Shown piece by piece: positions 1-11,900 of a stretch of 64,000 nt of DNA. A program made the translations under genes and the position numbers. The notes below the pieces were generated by a model that worked only from the letters and a program-made list of their open reading frames with translations, had not been told where the DNA came from and ran no database searches. The stretch is from Takakia lepidozioides (Eukaryota > Plantae > Bryophyta): NCBI GenBank assembly GCA_030704615.1, contig CM060731.1:77810001-77874000 (forward strand). Direction: 5' to 3'. The number at the start of each line of letters is the position of its first letter. Position 1 is the first letter of the stretch.

Positions 1-16
1 CCCCTTCATCACTCAC

Positions 17-2206
17 TGACTGCCTGCGAACACATTCCTTATGAAGTCCCATTTCTGCATAGGGGATAGTACCCTTGGGCATATCCAAATACCAACCCCC
101 CCTTCCCGGTGTTCCACACCCCAATCTTCCTCAATTGCAGGTGTGTACATGGAAGCTTGTTGAGCACCAAACTTCCAGGCCATCAGAAACTTGGGCTCAG
201 CCTTAAGTCGATCACTCGGTACAAGCACAAATCTCATGTACCTAAAATACAAACACATTCAAAGTTATTGTGGAGACAAATATTTATGCAACCTGTTCAA
301 CAATTGAACAAGCACATTAAGAAACATGTATATCCCAATGTACTAGAAAAATACTTGAAGCATAGACATTTTTGACTTACAAGGTGTATACACTATCCAT
401 GTACAATGCAATGGAAAGATGGTACCTGAATAAAATCCGTCTCACCACCTTCTCCCCACCTGTTTGTTGTTCCCAATCATTGCCTCTGAATGGCCCCTTT
501 GGCAATGAGAACTCTCTATGAAACAACTCATTGAAATGAGTCATCTTCCATGTATCCATGTAGTCTCCCAGACTCTCACTCTCTCCTTCCTCCAAGGCAA
601 CATGAAATTGGCCAAGCTGAGTGGTGTACAAGGCAAACTGAGCCAAGGCAACCTTGCGAAGCTGCCAGAAAATACAGTCAGTTAAATAACTATGTTAATG
701 TATCATCAACAAAATGAATTAATTGCATTGAGAAGATAGTGATTATATATGTACCTGCCACCAAAAAGTCCTTCTATTCAGCCAAGGATCAAGTGTTGGC
801 CCACTGATAGGCCCGGGTGGAAAAAAATTACGGTCGTGAAGTGTTTGGTCTCCATTCCATATATGTAGCCATTCCACCTTTTCTTCAGGATCCACCCGGG
901 CGGTAGCAATGTTCACCATTTTATCTTGGGTCATTTCCTCTGATCCTGCCTTTACACGTGACCAATGCAGTTTAAGTTCTTGGAGAAACCCCTCTCCAAG
1001 GGTTGGATCAGCAATAGGAAGCAACTTCACAAGCTGACTCTTGTGTTGCTCCCTTGCTTTCAATCCAGCCTGTCTCATTGTATCTTCAAGGCCCTCTTGA
1101 CTCTTTGGCCCCTCAGCAAGTTTGTAAGCTTCCCCCGCCATGCGTTGAGCCTCAACAATATCATGCTGCCAAAAGAACCAAAACAGTTCATAACATGAAC
1201 CAGAGGTGAATCTTGTCTATGGATGCAAAGAATGAAACTTGGTTAAGACATGATGTTACCTTGTACAAAATCTTTGTCATTGCATGGACTGTTAGGTTAT
1301 ACCAAGTCTTTCCTGCTTTCTTGATGCATTCGTCGTATTGCTCTTTCCTCAATACATTCTTCCATTCAAAGACAGATGTAAGGCCAATCATATTGACCTT
1401 GCAAACCAAGTGCACAAATTTGGATGTAACATGTGCCCTCTCTGTTGCCCTGCACATATAAAATATGATCATTAGAAAGAAGATGTGTATATGTACATCC
1501 ATTGAGCAAGAACATGACAACATTGAACATGAAAGTAAATGAAGAATAGAAAGGAAACTCACACATTCACTCCATCCATGATGGACCTGAGGGAACCACG
1601 ATTTTCAATGTCCGCATTGAGCACCCAACTTGTCACACAGACATGTCTTGACAAGTTGGCCCCATGAACTTCATTGATATAGGGATACCATGCTTGAAGC
1701 CTATGATTCCCATCCCAGACATGAAACATCTTCCCCCGAAGATGATGCAACTTTGGCTTGGACTCAAGATACTTCTCAAACTCATCATTGACTGTTTTCC
1801 AATGACTATCCCATGTAGAGATGATAGCAGGACCTACATCTATAGTAGATCCATCAATCCCCTCAACAGAAACATAGAACACGGCTGCTCCTGGATGGTA
1901 TCCACAATAGAAGTCTCCTCTAAGCTTTAGGATGTCGTTGGCAAGGGCGGGCCTAACAACCTGCATAGAAATCATGCGACACAATGGAATGTCCATAACT
2001 CCATCCTCAATGAGGAGGGACCTGAAAGTTACATTCAGATCTTGTTTCTTTTCCAGAATAATTGCTTGTTTGGCATCTAGAGAAAGAAGATCACTAGATG
2101 TTGTATCCTCTTCATACTCATCTGCCCCCCAATTCCCTGCATCAATGTCGTCAATAATGGTTGCAAGCGTCCCGGCCTCCACAACTTCAGTTGTAGTAGT
2201 AATTTC
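17..2206 (-). CDS. Transposon-borne multi-exon protein with ParB/Srx-like motif (FHVWDGNHRLQAW); partial
   Basis: Five exons (2206-1563, 1449-1260, 1165-755, 661-381, 241-17) join at GT-AG sites into one open frame of about 580 aa. The 5' exon(s) are unresolved. A GTGAGT donor at 16-11 suggests continuation beyond the window; otherwise it ends at the TGA at 15-13. Confidence 0.7.
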
Positions 2207-2419
2207 CTAATTCCATAGACCAAAACAGTTCAAGATGTCAGTGTATGAGAAGAGCACATGTGTGAATGTATAATATGTAAAAAGAGCAGTTCAGTGTCAT
2301 GGTTGCATGAAGAAAACAAATGAATTTGGATAGTCAACTAATTCCATGAATATCATTGTCTTTCTTACAACTTGGAGCAGAATACAGGCCTGAGCATCCC
2401 GATACAGGACCTCCGACCA

Positions 2420-3580
2420 CCTACGCCGGCGTAGATGACACATATGTGCAACCAACTCAAAATTTGACAAGATTTGAGGCCCTTGAAGAAATTTTTGCTC
2501 AAGGAGCTCCAAGCATATGCGCCGGCGCATACCATGGAAGGGAGGTTGTAGCCAAACATACAGGAGCACCTTGAAAGATCAAACTAGGCCTATGGAAGCA
2601 TGTGGAGTTGTGGAGGTGGCAACGTAGAAGCTTTGAGATACTTGAATACTGTGATCAACCAAAATAGGGAAGGTTCCCCAAGCGTCTGCGACGACGGAGG
2701 TAGCAACCTCGACACTTTGGAGCTTACGTAACACAAGGAATATACAACAAAAAACCAAGCTCCAAGCATCTCCGCCGGCGGAGATGCTTGCATGAGGTTC
2801 CTGAAACCTAGGAGCTAAGCAAAAAAAGATTGTGCTCAATGGGTATGCGCCGGCGGATATGGCAGCCCAGCCCGCTCGGAGCATCAACAACTTATGAGAA
2901 TGCGGAGAAACAAAAGAGATGGAAGGGGGGGAGAACTTCCTGAAATATGTGAGCAGCCCTGTTGCACGGGTCTGTGTTGACAAAGGTGGCAGCCTTGGCG
3001 CTTTGGAGCTTCCGTAACACAGGGAATATGCAAAAAAAACCAAGCTCCAACTGTCTCCGCCGGCGGAGACGCTTGCAGGAGGTTCCTGAAACCTATGAGC
3101 TGAGCAAAAAAGAATGTACTCAATGGGTATGCGCCGGCGGATATGCCAGCGCAGCCCACTCGGAGCATCAGCAACTTTTGAGCATGCGGAAAAACAAAGG
3201 AGATGGAAAAGGGGAGACTTCCTGAAACATTTGAGCAACCCTGCTGCACAGGTATGCGCCGGCGGATACGCCAGCCCAACCCGCTCGGAGCATCAGCAAC
3301 GTATGAGCATGCAAAAAAATAAACGAGATGGGAGTAGAGGAGCACTTCCTGAAACATGTGAGCATCCCAGCTCCAACGGTATGCGCCGGCGGAGGTGGCA
3401 GCCCAGCCCTTCCAAGCATCAGAAAAAACCAAGGGGAATGAGCTGTCTTGGCCGGTGGAGACGGTTGTGTGTATGTGTGGATATTCGCAAACTTGTGAGA
3501 GTTGAAGTGACTTAGGCATCTGCGCCGGCGGAGGTGCTAGATTAGGAGCAGCTTGGTGGGGCTTATGCGATGGCGCATAT
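2420..3580. repeat. Complex tandem array with nine CGCCGGCG-centred palindromes
   Basis: Perfect CGCCGGCG at 2424, 2520, 2773, 2848, 3058, 3132, 3257, 3384 and 3523. A 28-bp perfect palindrome lies at 2763-2790. There is a higher-order duplication of about 285 bp (2773 to 3058, 2848 to 3132). Confidence 0.9.
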
Positions 3581-3980
3581 GCCTAAGTGTAGGTCATGAA
3601 AAAAAACAAAACTACAGCTTACCTTCTCCGTTCGCAGCTTGCCTCTACCACCACCACCACCAGCAACGTCTCCCCCTCGAGTGTCCTTCTTCCTCCCCGC
3701 AACAGCTCATTGCCTCGGGGTGGTATAGTATAAGGCCGAGATGCGGCGCCTCCGTCTCCTCTTCGCAACGGGAGTCTCCAGGGTGTAGAGACTAGAGACG
3801 TGTTAAGTGCTTGTGTAGTTTGTGTGTGTTTGTTTGGGGGAGTGGCAAGGGATAATGTGCAAGTATACTAGACTACGTTAGTGTAGTAATGATACCGGGT
3901 TAGTCATGTAGTAATGGAAACAAGTTTAACTGAATAGAAATAGTTTATTAACAAAAAAGTAGAGGTTGTTTCATTGAATA

Positions 3981-4045
3981 GAGCATGGCTTGTTGGTAAG
4001 GTTGTGGTGTATTTTCCACAAGGTTGCGGGTTCAAACCTGCCCCC
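3981..4045 (+). promoter_or_regulatory. tRNA-like Pol III A-box/B-box element (not a functional tRNA)
   Basis: TGGCTTGTTGG (3986-3996) and GGTTCAAACC (4029-4038) inside a T-arm-like stem GCGG...CTGC. No proper anticodon arm. Confidence 0.3.
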
Positions 4046-4752
4046 GTCAAGGAGAGTGGGGGAAAGGGGGGCGAAGGCTAAGGCCTTAAAAAGGCCAAAT
4101 TGGCCAAATCTGAAATGTGAACTTTTTTTATACACTCTGGCGTTAGTGCTTTTTGGACTACATGGGTTACACGTGGATCCTCCGAAGATGGTTGTACGAT
4201 TGACATGTTATTTTGTGGCGGCGCCTTCATAATACAATATAAAGTAAGTGATAAAGTAACTAAATATTTTGTTATGGGTGTCTTAATCAATTTATTGGTT
4301 TTAGAGTCAATTGTCGCCACAAATATTGTACTCATTACTCATACATGAGTAATCAAAGAACAAATCAACATACATGTCATGGGATTTGATTGTAAATAAA
4401 TTGTGCCGTCTAGTGTGTCAGTTCATAGTTGGACGATTAATCAACGATTGGTTGTAAAATAAATGGAAACATGGAGAGCATTTATGTTTCATATGCTCAT
4501 AAGAAGAAGGCAGTACATTGGATTCTAAGATCTCAACAACGGCGCCGTCGTCTTAAAAATAGGGAATAGTCCATTTGGTTGTTTCTGTCAGAGAATAATA
4601 TGGATGGAGCACATGCCTCAAAAAATTTGGACCTTCTGGATTAATGATACACATAAGTAATGTAAGCCATTTAATGTATTTGCATAAGGTCTTGCAAGAT
4701 GTGCGCTTTCATTCATTTTGCATCTTCTCTCAAACTTTGAGGGCATTGCCAA

Positions 4753-7700
4753 ATGTCTACACCAAAATATGCAGTGCTTTCATGTCCACCTGATGCAAAA
4801 GTGGTTCGTTATCCTTGCAATGGAAACAAGTGCATTATCCCAGAACCTTGGTTATGCAATAGATTCAAACTTGTTCCGGGTTCAGTTTTTTTGGAGGATG
4901 ATGGAGATGATGATGCCTCCACAGTGTTGCTTCCAGTTTTCAATGACGGCCAAAAGCAATGGGAGTTGTTTCCAGACACTTTCTCCAAGTACCGTGTCAC
5001 AGGTACGAGCTATACACAGTCACATGATGAGAGGCACACTTCTATTGCAAGAAAGAACGATCAAGCTGCAACAAATGGGAGTTGTAAATTGAAGGAGGAG
5101 GTTGCAGATTCGGCGAGCTTGGGGTCTCATAATTCAGATTGTGTTGAGGTTTCTAAGAGTGTATTTTGTGGATCTCAACCTTCCTCATCTGCTCATATGG
5201 TCTTGCTTCACGACATGAAGCCTCGGAAAACTCCATTGGACAACACCACGTCTGATTGTTGCGAATCTGCGAGGGGTTTATCTTCATCTCCACGACTAAC
5301 AGGGGAGGCTACATCTGCATTTCCTTCTGGTGTGTTGTCCATTTTGAGTATCTTGGCCACTGCTCGGAGGAATGGATCAAAAGGAGAGCTTTCTACCTTG
5401 GACTATAGTTATATTCCAGTGCATCGTGTTCGGTGTCTTTCTCGAGCTTTTGATGGAAAAGTGATCCACGAACTCCCCCCCGTGGTCAAACTACGTACGG
5501 ACCGTGGTTCACAGTCCCTCTAAGGCATGGATCGCAAGTTTGATGGTCATCCTTGGTGCAAGACCAATACCTACAATATGTCTGGTGTTCAGATCATGTG
5601 AAATGTAGTAAGGTTCTTTGTGTTGGAAAGCTCATATGTCAAAGCAGCACTTGCCCCTTCTTCAAGAAAGAAAGAGAACGGAATGACCGCTATTGGGAAG
5701 GCAATGCAGACAAGGTGTTCATTGCAGGAGCCCAAGTTCCATTCAACCAGTTCAAGTGTAGTTTCTGCAAAGAAAGACCTTTCTGTGAGGCGCATTGTGG
5801 GGCAAGAATGTACTATGTCACAAGTTCCCTTCCAACATATACACGTGTTGCAGTTCACGTTGGGTTTCATAACCATCCATGTGCCAAGGGCGAGAATAGA
5901 GAGGTTGCGGAAAATGCATCAAACATGATTCAAGAGCACGTTAAGATGAAGCCATGGTCGACCCCGGGAGCTATTTCCTTGTCAATGGCCCAAAAGCTCT
6001 TGATTGATCGAGTGCTTGTGGCTGATGGCACATAGACAGTACGTCTTGAGGGAGAGGCTTTGGAAGATATTCTTGAAGAGTTTGCCCATGTTTGTAGCCC
6101 CAATGTGAAAAACAAGGTCACATCTGCACGTGTCAATTCCATCATGTCCATATTGGAGTTGAAGCGTCTGAGTACATACCATTTCATTCACAGCAATCTC
6201 CTTCCAGGCCAACATACTTCTCATCTCCCCCATGTTTTCAAGATGTCTGTTGCTGGTCCCGGGAGTGGTGTTGATCTTGTGCGTCGCATGAGTGAGGGGG
6301 ATCTACACACAAGTTGGGTAGTATTTGACCATGTCAAACGTATCAAGGATTAGACAACTCTTGCGTGTCATGTCTATGAACCATATGTCAAGCAAATGAT
6401 GACCATTGCCATTTGCGATATGAAAACAGAGGATGGAGATGCTCAGGTGTTATTCTAGGAGATGATCAATGAACAAGCAAAATTTGCAGGCTTGAACAAA
6501 CCAAATTTTGCTGGCTTCATGGCGGATGCAGCAGGAGCGAATTGGGCTGCTGTTCGAAGGGTTTATGGATCTGATCCCAATGTCCCAATGGAAGGTAAAG
6601 AAAGAACATGTTTATATCATTGGGCTGAAAGCCTCCGAAGACACACCAACGACTATATCTTGGAGGACTTCCGTGAAAGGCACACTCAGCTCTGTTATGA
6701 ATGGAAAGATAGTGCTACCTTAGAGGATGCTACAACCACATACATTGCAATTCGGGCTTGGTGGCTCTCTTCAGGAGCATGCACAGAAAAGAGTCTGCCA
6801 AAACTGGATTCATGGCTTGCATGGTGGCACTACAGATATCGAATGTGGGGCCAATGGATGAGAGAGGACATGGATGTGGAGGCAGATGCAGATATGCCTA
6901 CCACTAATTTGTCTGAGGCAGTCCATTCTGCTTGGTGGAAGACACCAAGCAATGGGAAAAAAATGAAGGTGGATCTATATGAGGCCACCATGCATGACAT
7001 GTCACGAGCTCTTTTGCAGCAGGCAATATTTTACAGGCACACCACAGGAAAGACATGGGGACGGGGCCCGACAAAGAGGAGCTCATGTTGCGTCAAGCAG
7101 CTAGATCTAATAGCCCAGCAAAAATGGGTAAGGTTGTACGTGGCATAGTAGCTGGAACACCCATGCACACAAGGGGGGTTCAATTGGAGGGAGACAATCG
7201 CACTATTCCAGTCAAACGCAAGTTAGGCAATGAGCATGGTGGGCCAAACGAATCTTGGAGGTGTGATATGAATGTAAAGACTGTTCCAGTGCGCGCCACT
7301 GGGATGCCCAGTCCACACCAGCCATCTAGGTTTGTCAGCTCCAAATCAAGTCATGACATTCCTGGTTCTTCAACTTTCTGTGAGACAAATCCACATGTTG
7401 CTATCCCTCCTCAGCCAATGCAATGGGGAAATCCAGTGAGAGAAACACAAGACTTTTCCGATGCATTGTTCAGGATTCAGCGGACAGGTCCTGCTTCCAT
7501 GGTTCGTTGTTCTGCCTTGGTTGGAGTTTCCAAGATAAATGCAAAGCGCTCATCAGGAAAGGTAAAGGAAGTCATGCACCTTGCTTCACTGGCAAGTTAC
7601 TAGCACCGAACATGAAAGAACCAAAACTGCAAGTTTTTTGGTTTTGCCCCACAGATGTTTTGTCGTGTGTTGGAGGGACCGTGCCATCCTATTGCTTGGG

Positions 7701-8292
7701 AAAACCGGGTATACCTAACGTGTGGCCTGTGAAGGTTGGAACCAACCTTACACAAGAAGAGGTGGACAACTTGACCCTTGCAGGTTTTCGACTAGTCCAT
7801 CCTCCCAACGTTCCTGATCCGAACTTTCTTGTGGGACCACTTCCAGTGGAACAACATATTCATCAAGGTGTTGTCCTTCCTGTGGGTAAGTATCCCACTA
7901 TATGCTATGGGGTGCGCATTCGGCGTCGGGATCCGACTCCTCGACACTTGAGTCGCCAAGAGTCAGCGGAGACTCTTATTGCTGAGGTTCGTGGATTCAG
8001 AAACGTGCCTCAGCCAGGTTATGGGAGAATTTACCAGCTACAAACAGAGGGATCTACCAGAGCAGGATTGGTTTACAATGTATACATTGGTCAGTTTCCA
8101 TCTTGTGATTGTCCCGACTTTGATGAGCTATCTGTCAAGAAGAAAAAACAAACATATCTACCTTGTAAGCACATGTACTTCATGTACAACGTGCATCTAG
8201 GATGCGCCGGGGCTTATGAGATCCACCAACCTTCCCTTAGCCAGTTAGAGGTTAGGGCTATGCTAAAGAAGGACCCTAGTTCAACTTCTTAG
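4753..8292 (+). pseudogene. MULE-type DDE transposase with GCM/WRKY-like Zn domain and C-terminal SWIM finger; disrupted
   Basis: Six ORF pieces rebuild one frame of about 1180 aa, with stops at 5521, 6033, 6351 and 6456 and frameshifts near 5585, 7060 and 7530. Motifs: C/H-rich region ending VHVGFHNHP; VVFDHVKR; FMADAAGANW; CLYHW; TTNLSEAVH; SWIM CDCPDF...PCKH. Confidence 0.85.
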
Positions 8293-8380
8293 TGACACAT
8301 GAAATGCACAAAAAAAGAACCTCTAACTTGTGCCGTTCATTTTCATGCATTTGACATGTAATTATCTTGTTACTACTTTA

Positions 8381-8600
8381 TTCCAAACATGACACATTTG
8401 TTAGTACAGAAGTTCATATTTTGGTTAAAATGGAACTTGTGTACCTGTCATACAAGTTTTCAAATTATAGAACTGATTGGCATTACAAACAGACATGCAA
8501 TGTGGTGGTTCCAAACATGACACATATGCATTTGTTAGTACAAAAGTCCATATTTTGGTTAATATGAAACTGTTTTCCTTGAATACAAGTTTGCAAACTA
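8381..8600 (+). repeat. Subterminal direct duplication (period about 128 bp)
   Basis: TTCCAAACATGACACAT...TTGTTAGTACA.AAGT.CATATTTTGGTTAA at 8381 and 8509. Confidence 0.75.
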
Positions 8601-8900
8601 TTACTTTGGCCAGGGATCTTGTATTCTCTTCAGTTTAAGGTGGTGCATTAGTTGGAGTTAGTGGTCACATGCATCTTTGACCATTGACTACTGATTTTGT
8701 TAGCTAAGATTTTTATTTTATTTTTTTCTATATACATATGATGTAACATTTGCATATGCAATAAATACATCGTATTCTATGTTATATAACTCCACTGCAT
8801 ACAATCTACAATGTGTGCATACAAATTTGTCACATGCATATATAATAAGGGATTTTGTGCATGCATGCACGCAACCTGTGCATATGGAATAGCAACCCCC

Positions 8901-11900
8901 TGGTCGCGTAGCAATTGGTTAAAAGAGGAGACAATTTTTTTGTGATTGTCGACGGCTTTTTGTTTGGTAATATTGTAGGCGGTTTTTTTGGCATCTCTGC
9001 CAACTTTGGAGAGAGCAGTTGTCCATTTCGGAATATCTTGGGGATTGGCAGGTGGTGGCATTAGTGCTTGACACGTTGTTAAGGTATTTAGGCAAGTGAT
9101 ACGTGGATCCGATGTCCAGTTGTTCCCCTGGTGAATGGGGGTAGTGGTGGGTATAATAGCGAGGGCACGCCTGATCGTGTGGTATGTGTTAAGATGTGAT
9201 GTCCATATACGTTTTTGAGTATGGGTAAGGTAGCCACCATTTTGTTTTGAGCGTACAGTTTGTGGGATTTCAAGGGGGGCAGAGCAGGTGACAATCACAC
9301 TTTTGGTCATTTCTTGCATTGAAGTCGTGAGTATGGTCTCGGCGTCGTTCTATGCTTTGTCAGGGGATTGCGCGAGATTTGCTTCGGAGAGTATATCGGA
9401 GAGTCTTAGCATGAGGTGTAAGGATGTTGGCTGGAAGTGTTTTAGAAAGGCGATTATGTTATTATGGGGAAGTGGGGATAAGATTCTAGATTGCGGCGGT
9501 GGAACATGTATAGGTGGGATAGGTTGAAAGGGGATGATGGATGCTGGGATGGTGACTGAGACGGGATAATGGTCTGAGTTGCATAAACTATTAATGTGTA
9601 CATGACTATTGAGGTATGAGGGGATGTCCTTTTGTGTCTTGAAGTAGAAACCATCAAGAAGATTGAGGGATGAGTAGTTAAGTCCACCTTGTCTGGAGTA
9701 ATGGTGATCGGCCGGTATATAACGGAGGTGGTGTGAGTGAGTGAATTTTGCCCATTCATGGTCAATGGGGGATGGAGGTTTACCATTGTATGTGTGGCCT
9801 ATGAGGGCAATGTCCCTGTTGAAATCGCTTGCTAGGATGTAGTGCTGGGATTGGTTGGAGGGTTGTGTGAGTGTGTTAGAGATGGTGAGTAGGATATCAG
9901 GGATCAAGGGGAGATCTTCGGCATGTGAGGGCATGTACAAGTGGATGAGGATAATGGGAGGGATAGCGGGGAGGTGTAGCTTGATGATTTGAAGGTGTGA
10001 TAGGAGGGAGAGAGCAACAGGTTTTTTGACCGTGGTGCTAGGGGAGTGATGTGTGCGAAGGATACCAAAAGCCACTCCGCCCCGAGTGGGATGATATGAC
10101 GCGAAGCGTCTAAGTAGGCATTGTGCGGCTGTGAAGAAACTGCCATATAGCAAATAGTAGGCTGGAAGGAGATTGTTGATGTAGGAGCTGTTAGGGCCGT
10201 GTGTGTTGAGTTTAGTTTCTTGTAATAGAATGATATGCAGAGGTGTAGAGTCCGTTAGATGAATAAGGTTTTGAATGCTGGTAGCAAGTGACCCTACATT
10301 CCAGGTGAGTATGTTGAGTGCGTGTGCTTGCTGGGAGGAGGGGGCGTGTGGGGGACTGTTGGGTCTAGGGGGTGTTGGAGGTGGGTCATTGGTGTGGCTG
10401 GGCAAGCAAGGTGTGATGACTGGTGGCGGTATCATGGGAGGGGGTTGATATCCAGGGATGCATGTCTTGGCGTGGAGGGTTGCAGTGAGAATATTTTTGG
10501 AAATGAATGGGAATTTGTTGGTGAGAGTCTTTAGCTCGTGTATGGTAGCAGCTGGGTGTGCTAGGTGTTCGCTAAGAATCTTGTGAACTACTCCGGGCTT
10601 GGCTTGTAGTAGGTCAAGGGATTTGTGGAGATTGTGTAGGTAGTGTGGGGGTGCTAGGTATCTGTGAGGTAGTGTGGGTAGCTCATGCAGTTGTTGTAGT
10701 AGCAAATGTATGTGTATGTCTGGTTGGGTTCTAAAGTAGTCATTGCATATTGAGGGGATTGGAGAGATGACAACGATTAGTGAGAGTAGTAGGTGTTGTG
10801 GGGGGTATGTGCTAAGTTTATGGGTGGCAGTGACTAGGGATGGGTGTTCGCAGGTAGGGATCCCAAAGGTGGCAATTGGGTGCGTGGGTTTACGGTTATT
10901 GGTAGGAGGGTTAGGGAGAAAGGGAGAGAAGTGGTCACTAAGGTGTTGATATGCAGGCACGAGCGTGACAGTGTCTGTTTGGAAACATAATTCATATCTG
11001 TCTTTATGATCCTTTGGAAGCTTGTTGATGATGCTAGTGATGGTTTAGGGGCTTGGGTTTGGGTGAATGTCGCCGCGGCGAAGTAGTATAAGCATTTCAT
11101 AGGCAAGTAGATAGGACTTGAAGTGGGATGGTGGATGGTGAGAGGAGTGTTTGGATGCAAGGGGTCTCTGGTGATATCGTCTATGTGGGCACTGGGTTAT
11201 AAGTTGGATTTTGAGGGGGTGAGGGGTGGGGGTGCATGGGGGGTAGTTGTGGAGAAAGTGTATGAGGGGGGTAGAGTTGGTGTTAGCATAGTGGGTACTA
11301 GTGGAGCTAGTTGCATGTGTGTGTGTGGGGGAAGGTATTGCGTGTGGATTAGTGTGTGGGTTCGTATGGGGATCATGAAGGAGGTTTGTTGTACATGAGC
11401 TCTCATGATGGGGGTCAAAATTTAATATGGGTGTATGGTGGGTAGAGAGTATATAATTAACTAGAGTGGGGGAAAGAGGATAAGTGGACGACATCCATGG
11501 ATGAATGAGTTCGGGCAATGGCGCGGATGAAGAGTCCTGTAATTGGGTGAAGGCAGGTGGTATGTTTGGGGGACACGGATGAAAAGTAGTAATGAAGATT
11601 TTTGTAAGAGCCAATTGTTTCACGCACAGAGAGTCTCTAGTGCGGTGGGATTTGTGATAGGATGTAATTGATAGAAGATGGATGATATGCCTCCGAAAGG
11701 AGACGAGTACCATAGTGACGGTAATGGATTTTGTAAATGTCATTGTATGAGAACAGAGAGTAAAGATCACGGTGTAGAATTGTTTTGAATGAGAACAGAG
11801 AATGAAGATCATGGTGTAGAATTGTTTTGAGTGAGAACAGAGGGTAAAGATCATGGTGTAGAATTGTTTGGAAATAGTATGGATAGCAATAGAGTGAGGT

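Larger units (their letters stand above)
1..8900. mobile_element. Large Mutator-like (MULE) DNA transposon with two divergent genes; left end outside window
   Basis: Contains a DDE/SWIM transposase pseudogene (+) and a divergent accessory gene (-). The right end is inferred at 8899/8900, where the LINE reading frame is abruptly cut. The end reads inward as GGGGTTGCTATTCCATATGCACAGG. The partner TIR and TSD are not visible. Confidence 0.65.

Noticed and set aside
2420-3580. CRISPR-like appearance of the palindromic repeats (also the arrays at 32.6 kb and 53.2 kb)
   Set aside because: The intervening sequences are themselves repeated, spacing is irregular, there are no cas genes, and the context is eukaryotic.
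2297-3795. Many overlapping ORFs (up to 219 aa) in the palindrome array
   Set aside because: They arise on both strands from GC-rich repeats. I could not establish a consistent spliced frame or a known motif.
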